Shown: positions 50,156-60,379, counted from the first letter of the stretch. The stretch is DNA of 64,000 nt from Candidatus Obscuribacteraceae bacterium (GCA_044226015.1 JBGAHS010000002.1:851435-915434), one strand, 5' to 3'. The notes: generated from the sequence alone by a model not told the origin. Numbers and translations are program-made.

Positions 50156-51235
50156 GTGCAATGGATAACCAATGCGCTACTATTGTGCCGGGTTGAATTT
50201 GGAACGCAAGAGAAAGCGCTTCGCCGGGCTGGCATTGCAGTCATGTGGGGCGTCATCGTGGGCGATAGCTTTCTGCCGGATCCTTTAACCAGGGACACTA
50301 CCAACTTCCATTTACCAGATTCTCTGACCGGGGACTTCCATCTGCCAGATCCCCTGAGCAGGGACACTAACAACCTTCTACATCCGGATTTGCCGGAGTC
50401 TCTGTCTCGGGAGTTTTGTCGCTCTGCATTTCATTCAGGGGCACAAGCTCCTATAAATGGTGTGGTTCAGCTAACCGACAAAATGCTGGGCACAAAAATA
50501 CTTCCGCATGTGCAATTCGTTGACGGATGCCAGCACGCTGAGTTTATGACTCGACGCTGGCATGCGCAGCAGTTTGGCGTCTTGTTTGGAACAGCGGTCA
50601 ATCTGCTAGTACTGCAAAAGTGCGTCGGCACAGCAGGGGACAAACTTTTTGGACACATAGAAAACCTGCCCGCCAATCAAATGAAAATGGCACTGAGAAG
50701 CGTGGAAGAAGCGGCTGTTACAGGCTTCATCCACAACACTCTCTTTCGCCCTGTATACAGACACGAGGGCGATTACTGGCAGGCAAAATTAAATGCAGGA
50801 CTTGTTGGCGCCGGCACCTGGGCGTCACTGCAGGCTTCAGCGCTGGGAATCAAACGCCTCGGCAGAGGACAAGACAATTTGATGGGAGCCTTCTTGCGCA
50901 GCGAGATGGGCTCAACTTTGCTTTCCGGCGTTCCCGGAGGAATAGTGCAGGCTGAAATGAAAACGGCTTTGAGCGGCAAAGGCTGGGCTGATGGCAAAGA
51001 ACTCGCCGAATGCATTTACACTCAATCAATCTTGGGCGGACTCTGGGCAGGCGGCAAAGAAGCCATCGGCGGCGTGAGCAGCTCTGATACCAATTTGAAC
51101 ATACATATGAAGATTGCATCCCTAACTGCAAGAGGAAAGGAAATACCGCACGGTCTTCTTCAGTCTTCGCTTCCCTTGCCGAAAGACTATAGCCATCTGG
51201 CGAACCCTCCCATAATTCCCAAATTTGGAAAGTAA
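50156..51235 (+). CDS. Hypothetical Gly/Ala-rich helical protein with short N-terminal LPD-x-L repeats
   Basis: FLPDPLTRD / HLPDSLTGD / HLPDPLSRD repeats, then amphipathic glycine-rich helices; true start probably GTG near 50258. Confidence 0.7.
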   Translation: MQWITNALLLCRVEFGTQEKALRRAGIAVMWGVIVGDSFLPDPLTRDTTNFHLPDSLTGDFHLPDPLSRDTNNLLHPDLPESLSREFCRSAFHSGAQAPINGVVQLTDKMLGTKILPHVQFVDGCQHAEFMTRRWHAQQFGVLFGTAVNLLVLQKCVGTAGDKLFGHIENLPANQMKMALRSVEEAAVTGFIHNTLFRPVYRHEGDYWQAKLNAGLVGAGTWASLQASALGIKRLGRGQDNLMGAFLRSEMGSTLLSGVPGGIVQAEMKTALSGKGWADGKELAECIYTQSILGGLWAGGKEAIGGVSSSDTNLNIHMKIASLTARGKEIPHGLLQSSLPLPKDYSHLANPPIIPKFGK

Positions 51236-51276
51236 AATTCGAGCTGTGTTAGGATGGAAATATCGAGGAGATCGCG

Positions 51277-51831
51277 ATGGATCCAGACAGCGGCAGAGCC
51301 TACATCTTCTTGTCCATCATCGCCATGGTGCTATGGGCAAAATTTGTGCAAGATGACGATCTTGCAGGCCGAGAAGCCATTCTGAATCGCATGTTTCTAA
51401 CAGCCAGCGCTGCTGATAATTTTGCCAGACAACACGGGAAGAGAGAGCCGCAAACGGAGGATGAGTTCCAATCTTATCTAATTCGCGCTTCGCTTCACAT
51501 TCAGGATTCAGACAAAAAATTTTGGGATTGGCTTAGCTGCAGAGCTGTGAAAAGCAAGGCAGAAGCGCTAAAGCTCAGCAAAACGGTTCCTCCACTACAC
51601 GTCTTGTATTGTGTCGAAGAAGGCTCTTCATCCACTCATTACTATGTGATTGGAAAAGACGCACGTGGCGGGCTTGCTCGCTTTTCGGCAGACGACCAAC
51701 TAGCCATCCTCGAGCCAAATGTATATTGCAAGAGTTGGAGCGAAGACGATACAAGCAATGAAGAGAATCGACAAAGCAGGATAGACCTGTTATCCTCAAA
51801 CAAATCAAGTAAGGATAAGGCATTCAAGTGA
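51277..51831 (+). CDS. Hypothetical protein with N-terminal TM
   Basis: GAGGAG RBS; AYIFLSIIAMVLWA; GTGA overlap with def. Confidence 0.7.
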   Translation: MDPDSGRAYIFLSIIAMVLWAKFVQDDDLAGREAILNRMFLTASAADNFARQHGKREPQTEDEFQSYLIRASLHIQDSDKKFWDWLSCRAVKSKAEALKLSKTVPPLHVLYCVEEGSSSTHYYVIGKDARGGLARFSADDQLAILEPNVYCKSWSEDDTSNEENRQSRIDLLSSNKSSKDKAFK

Positions 51832-52334
51832 GCGAGCTTCCAAAGGTTTTGACACTCGGCAATCCAAAATTGCGGGAAATCTCCAAACCAGTAGCAGATT
51901 TTTCAGCACCACCCCTGGTGACAGACGCAGGTGCTTTGCATAACGTTCTCTTGAAGTTTCGAGAGGAACACGGGTTCGGACGAGGCATCGCAGCTCCACA
52001 GCTGGGAATCATGCGGCGAATGATTGCGCTCAATCTGAATGGCAGACAAACAACTATGCTCAACCCAGAAATCACATGGAACAGCCCGGAAGAGTTTTCT
52101 CTCTGGGACGACTGCATGTGCTTCCCCGACTTGTTGGTTCGCTTGAGGAGAAACAGCTCTATTTCGGTAGAGTTTCAAGATGAGTCCGGAAACCTTTGTA
52201 CCTGGGAAAAGCTTGACCCAGCGACATCAGAATTACTTCAGCATGAAATCGACCATTTGAATGGTGTACTCGCGATAGATAGAGCCCTGGACAAAGAATC
52301 AATTAGCTATAAATCAAACGTGAACGATAGATAA
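51828..52334 (+). CDS. def: Peptide deformylase (variant motif 2)
   Basis: GRGIAAPQLG, DDCMC in place of EGCLS, QHEIDHLNG. Confidence 0.85.
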   Translation: MSELPKVLTLGNPKLREISKPVADFSAPPLVTDAGALHNVLLKFREEHGFGRGIAAPQLGIMRRMIALNLNGRQTTMLNPEITWNSPEEFSLWDDCMCFPDLLVRLRRNSSISVEFQDESGNLCTWEKLDPATSELLQHEIDHLNGVLAIDRALDKESISYKSNVNDR

Positions 52335-52464
52335 ATACAGATAGATAGACTGAGCTGCGCATTCTTGCAAAAAAGCTAATTAAACTGAGACCAGCATATA
52401 CTCAAGCCAAGCAATTACAATATAAGGTGTTCAAAAGGCAACACTTCTTGGCTTCGAGGCAATT

Positions 52465-55400
52465 ATGACCCAAATCGGTTATTACCAACATCCTACCGTT
52501 CACGGTGAACGAATTGTCTTTTGCTGTGATGACAGCCTGTGGACAGTCAGCACGAATGGTGGTGTAGCCCGTCGCCTCACGAATGCTAGCGCGGAATGTT
52601 CATCTCCCAGATTTTCACCGGACGGTAAGTGGATAGCCTTTGTCAGCCAGGAAGAAGGGCATCCGGAAGTTTTTGTTATGTCCTCAGACGGTGGTACGCC
52701 AAAACGACTGACCTACCTCGGTAGCCAGGTTTGTTACGTGTCCAGCTGGAGTCCCGATAGCAAGAAAATTTTGATTTGTTCAGATGCTCGCTCGCCTTTT
52801 TTCCGACACAATGAAATATTTGAACTCGCTCTAGACGGAACGCTTACAAATCTCCAACTGGGACATGCGACCTCCTTTGTGCGCGATGAAGACAATCGCT
52901 CTGCGATGGCGCGTAACAATCATGACCCTGCTCTCTGGAAGCGATACCGAGGTGGGCGAGCCGGCGAAATCTGGATTGATGCCGAGGGAAAAGGCAGCTT
53001 CAAACAGCTTACGAAACTTGACGGAAACATGGTATCGCCCATGTTCATCAGTGGCAGAGTTTATTTTCTCAGCGACCACGATGGCATCGGAAATATTTAC
53101 TCATGCAAACGCGATGGGAGAGATCTGCAGCAACACACGTTCAACAAAGAATATTATGTTCGATTTCCATCTACCGATGGTAAACGCATAGTCTTTACCA
53201 GTGCAGGAAATGTATTTTTACTCGATTGCAAATCTGCTGAAGTGAAAGAGCTAAAAATAGAAGCACCATCACAAGAAGCTCGCACCGCGCGAAGATTCGT
53301 AGACCCTACTCATTATCTTGAGAGCTTTTCGCCTCATCCAGATTCTCACACAATTGGATTCATCAGCCGAGGACAGGCATTTTCGATGCCATTCTTCGAA
53401 GGTCCTTGCGTGAATTACAGCGTTGGAAGCGCCGTGCGCAACAGATTTTTCGAATGGCTGCCTGACGGAAAGCACTTCATTACAGTAGATGACAGCGCGA
53501 ACAAAGAACGTATTTGTCGCATAAAAACAGGCGAGAATCCAGAAACAGAATATCTCACAAACGAAGATATTGGACGAGTTATTTCGCTGCGCGTTTCTCC
53601 TAACGGAAAGCTACTTGCTATTTCAAATCAGCGCTACGAGCTACTCTTGCTTGACCTGGAGAAGAAAAAACTGCACCATCTCGACCGGAGCAGTGCAGAA
53701 AGCATGCGAGGTTTAACCTGGTCACCAGACAGCAAATGGATTGCATATACTTTCCGCACACAAATGAACCTCAGTGTTATCAAAATTGCAGACACTTCAA
53801 CCAGAAAAAGCCACCAGATAACACGAGAGATAAAGGCTGACTTTAGCCCCGCTTGGGACCCCGCCGGAAAGTATTTGTACTTCCTTTCAGATCGAGATTT
53901 TCGACCAATTTACGACTCACAGCATTTCGATTTGAGCTTTGTGGAATCTACACGACCATATTTGATAACCTTGCGCAAAGATGTAAGTTCTCCGTTTGCA
54001 CCTGATTTGAAGCCATTCATCAAACAGGAAAAGAAAAGTGACTCTTCCAACAATGATGATGAATCTAACCACAAAAAGACTTCGCAAAAGAAGAGCGCAT
54101 CAGAATCAGACAACACTATTCAAATCGATTTTGACGGAATTGAAGAACGCATACTCGCATTTCCAATCAATGAAGGAACGTATGGTCAGCTGATTGCAGC
54201 CAAAAACAGAATTTTGTTTCTTAGCTACACAAGGCGCGGACTGGGACGTGATCACTCCTGGAACAGTGACTCCGATGGTGCAGCAAAGCTCATGGCATAC
54301 GACTTCGGCGAGCAAAAGTCAGCTGTGCTTCAAACAGGCATTAGTGGTTTAACACTCGGTTTCGATAATCAAACGCTGCTTTACTCCACAAAAGACAAAG
54401 TGAGAGTAATGGATGCTCTGCAGGGCATAAACAAGGGACCAGATGCCAATTCAACTCAAGCCGGACGCTCAACTGGTTTCATCGACTTCAGCAGATGCAA
54501 TCTTCTAGTTGAACCAAGAAAAGAATGGGCGCAGATGTACCGCGAAGCCTGGCGCTTACAAAGAGAAAATTTCTGGGACGAAGCGATGTCCGATGTAGAT
54601 TGGGACCTAGTCTTAGAAAGGTATGAATGCCTGATTCCCAAGATAAGAACAAGAACCGAACTCTCAGATCTAATTTGGGAAATGCAGGGAGAACTTGGAA
54701 CCTCACACGCCTACGAAATGGGAGGTGACCGACCTCGCCCGGCGCCGTATCACAAGGGCTTTCTTGCCTGCGACCTCAGCTACGATAGCAAAAATGACGC
54801 ATATAAAATCAGCAATATTCTGAGAGGTGACTCCTGGGAAAAAGAGGCGGACTCACCTCTTGCAGAACCAGGAGTAGACATTGCCAACGGAGACCTTATT
54901 CTCGCCGTTAATGGACGCAGAGTCAGTAAAACTCTAAGCGTTGACGAGCTGCTTTTGAAAGCTGGCGGAAAACACATTCAACTCACAACCAAGCGCGGCA
55001 ATAAAATCAAGAACGCTACCATTCAACCACTGCACTCAGAACGCTATCTGCGATATCGCCACTGGGTTGAAACCAATCGCAAAATCGTGGAGAAACTAAG
55101 CAAAGGAAAACTTGGCTACATCCATATTCCAGACATGGGTCCGTTCGGCTTCTCCGAGTTCCATCGCAGCTATCTCTCGGAGTTTCACCATGATGGGCTG
55201 GTTGTCGACGCTCGCTATAACCGAGGTGGACATGTTTCATCCCTACTTCTAGAAAAGCTAATGCGCAAACGCGTCGGATACGATGTATCACGCTGGGGTA
55301 CACCGCAACCATACCCGATGGAGTCTCCAGCAGGTCCTATGGTGGCTGTGACAAACCAGTTCGCTGGTTCCGATGGCGACATCTTCAGCCATTGCTTCAA

Positions 55401-55818
55401 GCTCTACGAACTTGGACCCTTAGTAGGAAAACGCACCTGGGGTGGTGTCATCGGTATAGAATCGCGACACCAGCTTGTGGACAAAACGCTAACAACTCAG
55501 CCCGAATTTTCATTCTGGTTCAAAGATGTTGGCTGGTCGGTTGAAAATTATGGAACTGACCCCGACTACGAAGTTGATTTTCGTCCACAGGACTATCATG
55601 CAGGCTCAGACCCGCAACTGGAAAAAGCGATTACGTTGGCCTTAGATTCACTCCGCAAAAACCCATTCCAATTGCCGGAATTCCCAGAACGGCCAAAACT
55701 TACACTTCCGGCAGTGCAGAAGAAAAATGCCTCAACCGGAAAGCGACAAATATCACAAAGTAAGGACTCTGGCAAAGTAGCCGCATCCAGTCGGAAGAGT
55801 TCAAGCCGAAAGAGGTAA
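52465..55818 (+). CDS. Tricorn protease (S41) homologue
   Basis: WD40-like/PD40 propellers, WKRYRGG, GELGTSHAY, PDZ, GYIHIPDM, DARYNRGG, GSDGD, GKRTWGG. Confidence 0.94.
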   Translation: MTQIGYYQHPTVHGERIVFCCDDSLWTVSTNGGVARRLTNASAECSSPRFSPDGKWIAFVSQEEGHPEVFVMSSDGGTPKRLTYLGSQVCYVSSWSPDSKKILICSDARSPFFRHNEIFELALDGTLTNLQLGHATSFVRDEDNRSAMARNNHDPALWKRYRGGRAGEIWIDAEGKGSFKQLTKLDGNMVSPMFISGRVYFLSDHDGIGNIYSCKRDGRDLQQHTFNKEYYVRFPSTDGKRIVFTSAGNVFLLDCKSAEVKELKIEAPSQEARTARRFVDPTHYLESFSPHPDSHTIGFISRGQAFSMPFFEGPCVNYSVGSAVRNRFFEWLPDGKHFITVDDSANKERICRIKTGENPETEYLTNEDIGRVISLRVSPNGKLLAISNQRYELLLLDLEKKKLHHLDRSSAESMRGLTWSPDSKWIAYTFRTQMNLSVIKIADTSTRKSHQITREIKADFSPAWDPAGKYLYFLSDRDFRPIYDSQHFDLSFVESTRPYLITLRKDVSSPFAPDLKPFIKQEKKSDSSNNDDESNHKKTSQKKSASESDNTIQIDFDGIEERILAFPINEGTYGQLIAAKNRILFLSYTRRGLGRDHSWNSDSDGAAKLMAYDFGEQKSAVLQTGISGLTLGFDNQTLLYSTKDKVRVMDALQGINKGPDANSTQAGRSTGFIDFSRCNLLVEPRKEWAQMYREAWRLQRENFWDEAMSDVDWDLVLERYECLIPKIRTRTELSDLIWEMQGELGTSHAYEMGGDRPRPAPYHKGFLACDLSYDSKNDAYKISNILRGDSWEKEADSPLAEPGVDIANGDLILAVNGRRVSKTLSVDELLLKAGGKHIQLTTKRGNKIKNATIQPLHSERYLRYRHWVETNRKIVEKLSKGKLGYIHIPDMGPFGFSEFHRSYLSEFHHDGLVVDARYNRGGHVSSLLLEKLMRKRVGYDVSRWGTPQPYPMESPAGPMVAVTNQFAGSDGDIFSHCFKLYELGPLVGKRTWGGVIGIESRHQLVDKTLTTQPEFSFWFKDVGWSVENYGTDPDYEVDFRPQDYHAGSDPQLEKAITLALDSLRKNPFQLPEFPERPKLTLPAVQKKNASTGKRQISQSKDSGKVAASSRKSSSRKR

Positions 55819-55904
55819 TTTCGCTTCAGAACTTCACCTAACCTTGAATAGATCGGGCTTCAGGCGATAAACTATGCGCTGAATATATTAACGCAGAGGT
55901 TATC

Positions 55905-57005
55905 ATGGCCACCGAACTGCATCTGAAGTCAGACTTAATCGACGACGATATCACACGGGCAGAAACACTTCCGGCTCGCTTTTATCGAGATCAGGAATAT
56001 TTCGAAAAGGCCAGAGAGAGTATTTTTGCGAGAACCTGGCAATTCATTACTGACTCAGACAGATTAACCGTTCCAGGGCAGGTATTGCCGTTATCTATTC
56101 TTCCCGGTTATGTTGATGAACCCATCGTCTTAAGTCGCGACCTCGATGACAAACTCCAGTGTTTATCGAATGTTTGCACACACAGGGGTAACCTTTTAGT
56201 AGAAGGTGAATGCCATGTGCAGAGCTTGCGATGCAGGTATCACGGACGCAGATTTGGTTTAGACGGCAAGTTTACATCTTCGCCGGGCTTCGAGCGTGCA
56301 GCCTGTTTTCCCGGTGAGAAAGACAACCTCGCAAAGGTTCCTTTTGAGCAATTTGAAAAATTCCTCTTCGCTGGCATCAACCCAGCATTTAGTTTTGAAG
56401 AACTCATAGGTCCAATGCGTGAGCGACTTTCATGGATGCCCTGGGACAAGTTTACTTACGACCCGACTCGCTCCCAAGACTACCTTGCTAAAGCCAATTG
56501 GGCGCTGTATTGCGAAAATTACCTGGAAGGTTTCCACATTCCGTATGTACACCCCGCGCTAGCCGCAGCCGTCGACTGCAAGGACTATCACACTGAAGTA
56601 CTTAAATATGGTGTGCTGCAAATTGGTATGGCTCTGAACCCGGCAGATGCATTCAAACTGCCTGAGTCATCACCAGATTATGGCAAGAATGTAGCAGCCT
56701 ACTATTATTGGTTTTTCCCAAACATGATGTTTAACTTCTATCCCTGGGGGCTCTCATTGAATGTTGTGGTACCTCTTGCGAAGGATCGCACACGCATCAC
56801 CTACATCACGTATGTGATGGATGAAACTAAACTTGCCACCGGCGCTGGTGCCAATGTCGACAAAACAGAAAGAGAAGACCAGAACATTATTGAACAGGTT
56901 CAAAAAGGCATACAATCACGCTTTTACGATCGAGGAAGATATGCCCCCGACTGGGAAGCCGGCACACACCATTTCCATCGCCTACTAACCCAATTTTTAT
57001 CGTAA
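55905..57005 (+). CDS. Rieske non-heme iron oxygenase (choline monooxygenase-like)
   Basis: NVCTHRG...CRYHG Rieske ligands; ENYLEGFHIPYVH and EDQ mononuclear Fe ligands. Confidence 0.88.
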   Translation: MATELHLKSDLIDDDITRAETLPARFYRDQEYFEKARESIFARTWQFITDSDRLTVPGQVLPLSILPGYVDEPIVLSRDLDDKLQCLSNVCTHRGNLLVEGECHVQSLRCRYHGRRFGLDGKFTSSPGFERAACFPGEKDNLAKVPFEQFEKFLFAGINPAFSFEELIGPMRERLSWMPWDKFTYDPTRSQDYLAKANWALYCENYLEGFHIPYVHPALAAAVDCKDYHTEVLKYGVLQIGMALNPADAFKLPESSPDYGKNVAAYYYWFFPNMMFNFYPWGLSLNVVVPLAKDRTRITYITYVMDETKLATGAGANVDKTEREDQNIIEQVQKGIQSRFYDRGRYAPDWEAGTHHFHRLLTQFLS

Positions 57006-57017
57006 TCGGAGTATCGA

Positions 57018-57962
57018 ATGAGCAAAATTGCAGTTGTTGGAAGCTTGAGCTATGACCTGGTGATGCAAGTTCCTCGCAGACCACAAGTTGGCGAAACGAT
57101 TATTGGCACCGCATTTAATACCTTTGTTGGCGGAAAAGGAAACAACCAGGCGTTAGCAGCAGCACGCAGTGGAGCCGATGTTGTCTTCGTAGGCAAGGTC
57201 GGAAAAGACAACTTCGGAGATCAAATCGCCAACAAGCTGACAGAAACTGGTGTCAACATAGAATTCCTTTTCCGAGACAACGAAGTAAGCACTGGCATTG
57301 CTGACATATTAGTAGATGCGAATGGCGACAACAGCATCTCCATAGCTCCACAAGCAAATGCAAGACTCTCGACAGCAGATATCGACACCGCAAAATCAGC
57401 TATAGCGAACTGCAAACTCATGCTGATGCAACTCGAAATTCCAATTGCCACCGTTCAACACGCGGCAAAACTGGGCAAAGAACTAGGCTTGATGGTGGTG
57501 CTCAACCCGGCTCCTGCACCGTCGGAAGGGTTGCCAGACGAGCTGTTGAAGTTGGTTGACCTCATAATTCCGAACCAAACTGAGGCAGAACTGCTAACTG
57601 GTATCAAAGTTGTAGACATTCTATCTGCTATTGATGCGGCAAAAGCGCTACAGAATAAAGGAATAAACAAGGTCATCATCACAATGGGCGAAATGGGTGC
57701 GCTTCTTGTGTGCGGCGACAACACGGCACATGTATGCCCTGCCTTCGAGGTCGAGGTGAAAGACACTACCGCAGCCGGCGACGCTTTTTGCGGAGCATTG
57801 CTTGCAGCCCTGGCCAAAGGACATGAGCTAGAAATGGCGATGAACTATGCCTGTGCAGCGGGTGCACTGGCGACCACAAAGCTGGGAGCAGAACCATCGC
57901 TGCCAGCGGCATCAGAAGTAAACAAAATGGTAGACGAACGGCTCACTTGCGCCAACGTTTGA
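57018..57962 (+). CDS. rbsK: Ribokinase
   Basis: GGKGNNQA, LNPAP, PNQTE, DTTAAGDAF. Confidence 0.9.
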   Translation: MSKIAVVGSLSYDLVMQVPRRPQVGETIIGTAFNTFVGGKGNNQALAAARSGADVVFVGKVGKDNFGDQIANKLTETGVNIEFLFRDNEVSTGIADILVDANGDNSISIAPQANARLSTADIDTAKSAIANCKLMLMQLEIPIATVQHAAKLGKELGLMVVLNPAPAPSEGLPDELLKLVDLIIPNQTEAELLTGIKVVDILSAIDAAKALQNKGINKVIITMGEMGALLVCGDNTAHVCPAFEVEVKDTTAAGDAFCGALLAALAKGHELEMAMNYACAAGALATTKLGAEPSLPAASEVNKMVDERLTCANV

Positions 57963-58066
57963 TGGCTGCAGCGCAACTCGTTTCATGGCATCTTATCAAT
58001 CTACGAATCGCCGTCCGGCAAGCAGTTTGAGCATACGCGCTTAGGAGCACTTGCCGAACTTCCAAT

Positions 58067-58129
58067 AAAAATGAAACCCATTAGTGGAGTGGGGACTCTA
58101 CTAATGGGTTTCACACCGTGCGACTTCAA
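58067..58129 (-). ncRNA. Putative small RNA, copy 1
   Basis: TAATAT (-10-like), then TTGAAGTCGCACGGTGTGA, a 19-bp stem and TTTTT; homologous to 58756-58817. Confidence 0.55.
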
Positions 58130-58283
58130 AAACATATTAGTTCGCGCTTGTGAAATTCCCGTACCTGGCTGGGTGCCCATACCCAAACTTCCAGAAAATA
58201 ATCAGTGTCTTTTTGAAAATATCGGGGAACCAAAAGGGATGTCACTATGTCTTAGCTGATCGGATGAGTTAGGGGACTAAAAA

Positions 58284-58526
58284 ATGAACACTCAAGAAAT
58301 TCCTGCGGAGCCAATCGAGCCAGATTTCGAAACTATACTTTCAGAGAACGAACCAATCACTAAGCACAGCGCCCGAATTCTGCGCAAGCAAATCCTGCAA
58401 GATGGACACGTAAGCAAAAGAGAACGCGCCTTCTTGAAGGACGTTTTGGACCATGGCAATTTAATGGATGACGAATCCTACTACATTTTATTGGAAGTGT
58501 TATTGAACGGAAGACGCCTCAGCTAG
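58284..58526 (+). CDS. Small hypothetical protein (weak TerB-like DG-x-x-S-x-x-E motif)
   Basis: AGGGGA RBS; 80 aa; QDGHVSKRERAFL. Confidence 0.65.
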   Translation: MNTQEIPAEPIEPDFETILSENEPITKHSARILRKQILQDGHVSKRERAFLKDVLDHGNLMDDESYYILLEVLLNGRRLS

Positions 58527-58755
58527 GCTGCTTAAGCGTAAACGTAAACGAAAGTCCTCTTATTGGATTTCCAAAACGCACTCACCCAATCCAAATTGTA
58601 ATTCATCGAGTCCATCAGGTAATTAAGCTGATGGACTCGGCGTTTAGCTAGAGGCAGAACCCCTTGCCTCCAAGGCTGAATCAGATCACTAACGCCTGGT
58701 CTAGAAGAATAAATTCTAGGTACCATTTTTACACAATCGATCAGTAACCTGAATA

Positions 58756-58817
58756 TTGAAGTCGCACGGTGTGAGTCCCACGAGAAAGCCCCCAGCTGTC
58801 TCGTGGGACTCATTTTT
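58756..58817 (+). ncRNA. Putative small RNA, copy 2
   Basis: TAACCT (-10-like), then TTGAAGTCGCACGGTGTGA, a 14-bp stem and TTTTT. Confidence 0.55.
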
Positions 58818-58828
58818 CTCTAGGCATA

Positions 58829-60379
58829 TCAGCGCAGTTCAGCCTGATCTTCGCTTACCTTAAGCGCCACAGACGCATCAGGCTTCGACTCCGCCCTTCT
58901 AATCCTAAACCAGAAGGTGCTGCCCTCTCCCAATGCCGAACTTACTCCAATTTTGCCACCATGTTCCTCAATGATAGCTTTGGCTATCGCGAGTCCCAAA
59001 CCGGTTCCACCCTTTGCTTTCTCATCAGACTTTTCGACCTGCTGAAAGCGGTCAAAAACCTTCCCGACGAATTCAACCGGAATACCACGACCTTTGTCGA
59101 TAACACTAACTTCAACCAGATTCTCCGCTGTCAACTCATTGACGCAAACGCGAACATCAGACTTTGGCTCGGAATACTTGATTGCGTTTGAGAGAAAATT
59201 GATCAAGACCTGAACAATTCTATCGTTGTCGGCATGCACTAAAAGCTCAGTTTCATCAAAGGAAATAGTGACCTCTTGCTTCGATGCGAACTCCGAAACA
59301 GCATCGAGCGATACCTTGATGATCTCCGAAAGGCTGCAATCCTTAAGCTCTAACTCAAACTTACCAGCTTCCATTTTCTCAATATCAAGCAAGTCATTAA
59401 TCAATCTGATCAAACGATTCGTATTCGACTCAAGCAGCGCAACCTTCCTCTTAGCCTTTTCGGGCAGCTCACCAGTGGCACCATGAGACATCAGAGCAAG
59501 ATTTACTTGCATTGAACTAAGCGGCGTTTTCAATTCGTGAGACACAATTCCGATCAGTTGCTTTTTGAAATCTTCCAATTCTTCCAAACGTGAAGCAGCT
59601 TTGTGGAACGCAGAATCCAGCTCAGCAATTTCGTCTGTTCCACCCACCGCTGGAACTAATTTCTGCCTTGAGGCCAGGCGCTCAGTATTTTCCCGAACCA
59701 CCAGCAATCTCTTTGTGACACTGCGACTGAAATAGTAGGCAAGCACAATAGCCATAACAACATTGAAAATTACGCCACCGAACAAAACCATTCGAATGCG
59801 ATAGCGCATGCGAGCCTTCTGCTTGGGACTCTCCATCTCAAGTTTGACTTCTTCTGCTATTACAGATTTAGTGACAACACCCAACTGATTGACCAGGCGA
59901 TTAATTGATTGAAATTGCCTTCCACGACCAATGAAGCCAGCAAGCCCGGTAACCTCATCTGACGAATCTTTGGACTGAAGATTGTTCACTACTCGCAAGA
60001 GATCAGAAGTGAGTTTCTCAATCTCTTTTATGTCTTTCATCCGATTAGGCTTACTGCGCAACAACTGCTTTAGTTTTGCCGTATTCCTTCGGGTCATTTC
60101 CATGGCCAATTCTGAACGCGCGCTGAAAAGCGGATTCATAGTTATTCGATAGGCACCAGCTGCGGTGGTAGCATCAACCGTTGTTCTTGTCAGCTCATTG
60201 GCACAGGCGATAATTTCCTTTGAGCGAGCCTCAACGTCAGCCTCATGCTCAGCTTGAGTCAGCAAAGAGGTCAATATGACAACAAAAACGATTTCAAATA
60301 CCGATGGAACCGCCACCAGCAACAAACCCTTTTGAGAAATTTTGAGCCCCAGAGCCATTAGTTTTAAAGCTTCCTCCAA
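58829..60379 (-). CDS. Membrane sensor histidine kinase (TM-sensor-TM-HAMP-HisKA-HATPase)
   Basis: VSHELKTPL, NFLSNAIKY, DKGRGIP, FDRFQQ, GGTGLGL. Confidence 0.95.
   Translation of the reverse strand: MEEALKLMALGLKISQKGLLLVAVPSVFEIVFVVILTSLLTQAEHEADVEARSKEIIACANELTRTTVDATTAAGAYRITMNPLFSARSELAMEMTRRNTAKLKQLLRSKPNRMKDIKEIEKLTSDLLRVVNNLQSKDSSDEVTGLAGFIGRGRQFQSINRLVNQLGVVTKSVIAEEVKLEMESPKQKARMRYRIRMVLFGGVIFNVVMAIVLAYYFSRSVTKRLLVVRENTERLASRQKLVPAVGGTDEIAELDSAFHKAASRLEELEDFKKQLIGIVSHELKTPLSSMQVNLALMSHGATGELPEKAKRKVALLESNTNRLIRLINDLLDIEKMEAGKFELELKDCSLSEIIKVSLDAVSEFASKQEVTISFDETELLVHADNDRIVQVLINFLSNAIKYSEPKSDVRVCVNELTAENLVEVSVIDKGRGIPVEFVGKVFDRFQQVEKSDEKAKGGTGLGLAIAKAIIEEHGGKIGVSSALGEGSTFWFRIRRAESKPDASVALKVSEDQAELR

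Noticed and set aside
58001..58259. ORFs 58001-58186 (-) and 58071-58259 (+)
   Set aside because: They run through a long palindrome and have no convincing RBS or protein motif
58111..58774. MITE/IS bounded by 19-bp terminal inverted repeats
   Set aside because: No transposase or evident target-site duplication; homology extends to promoter-like spacing inside and to terminator structure outside, which fits twin transcripts better (not fully excluded)
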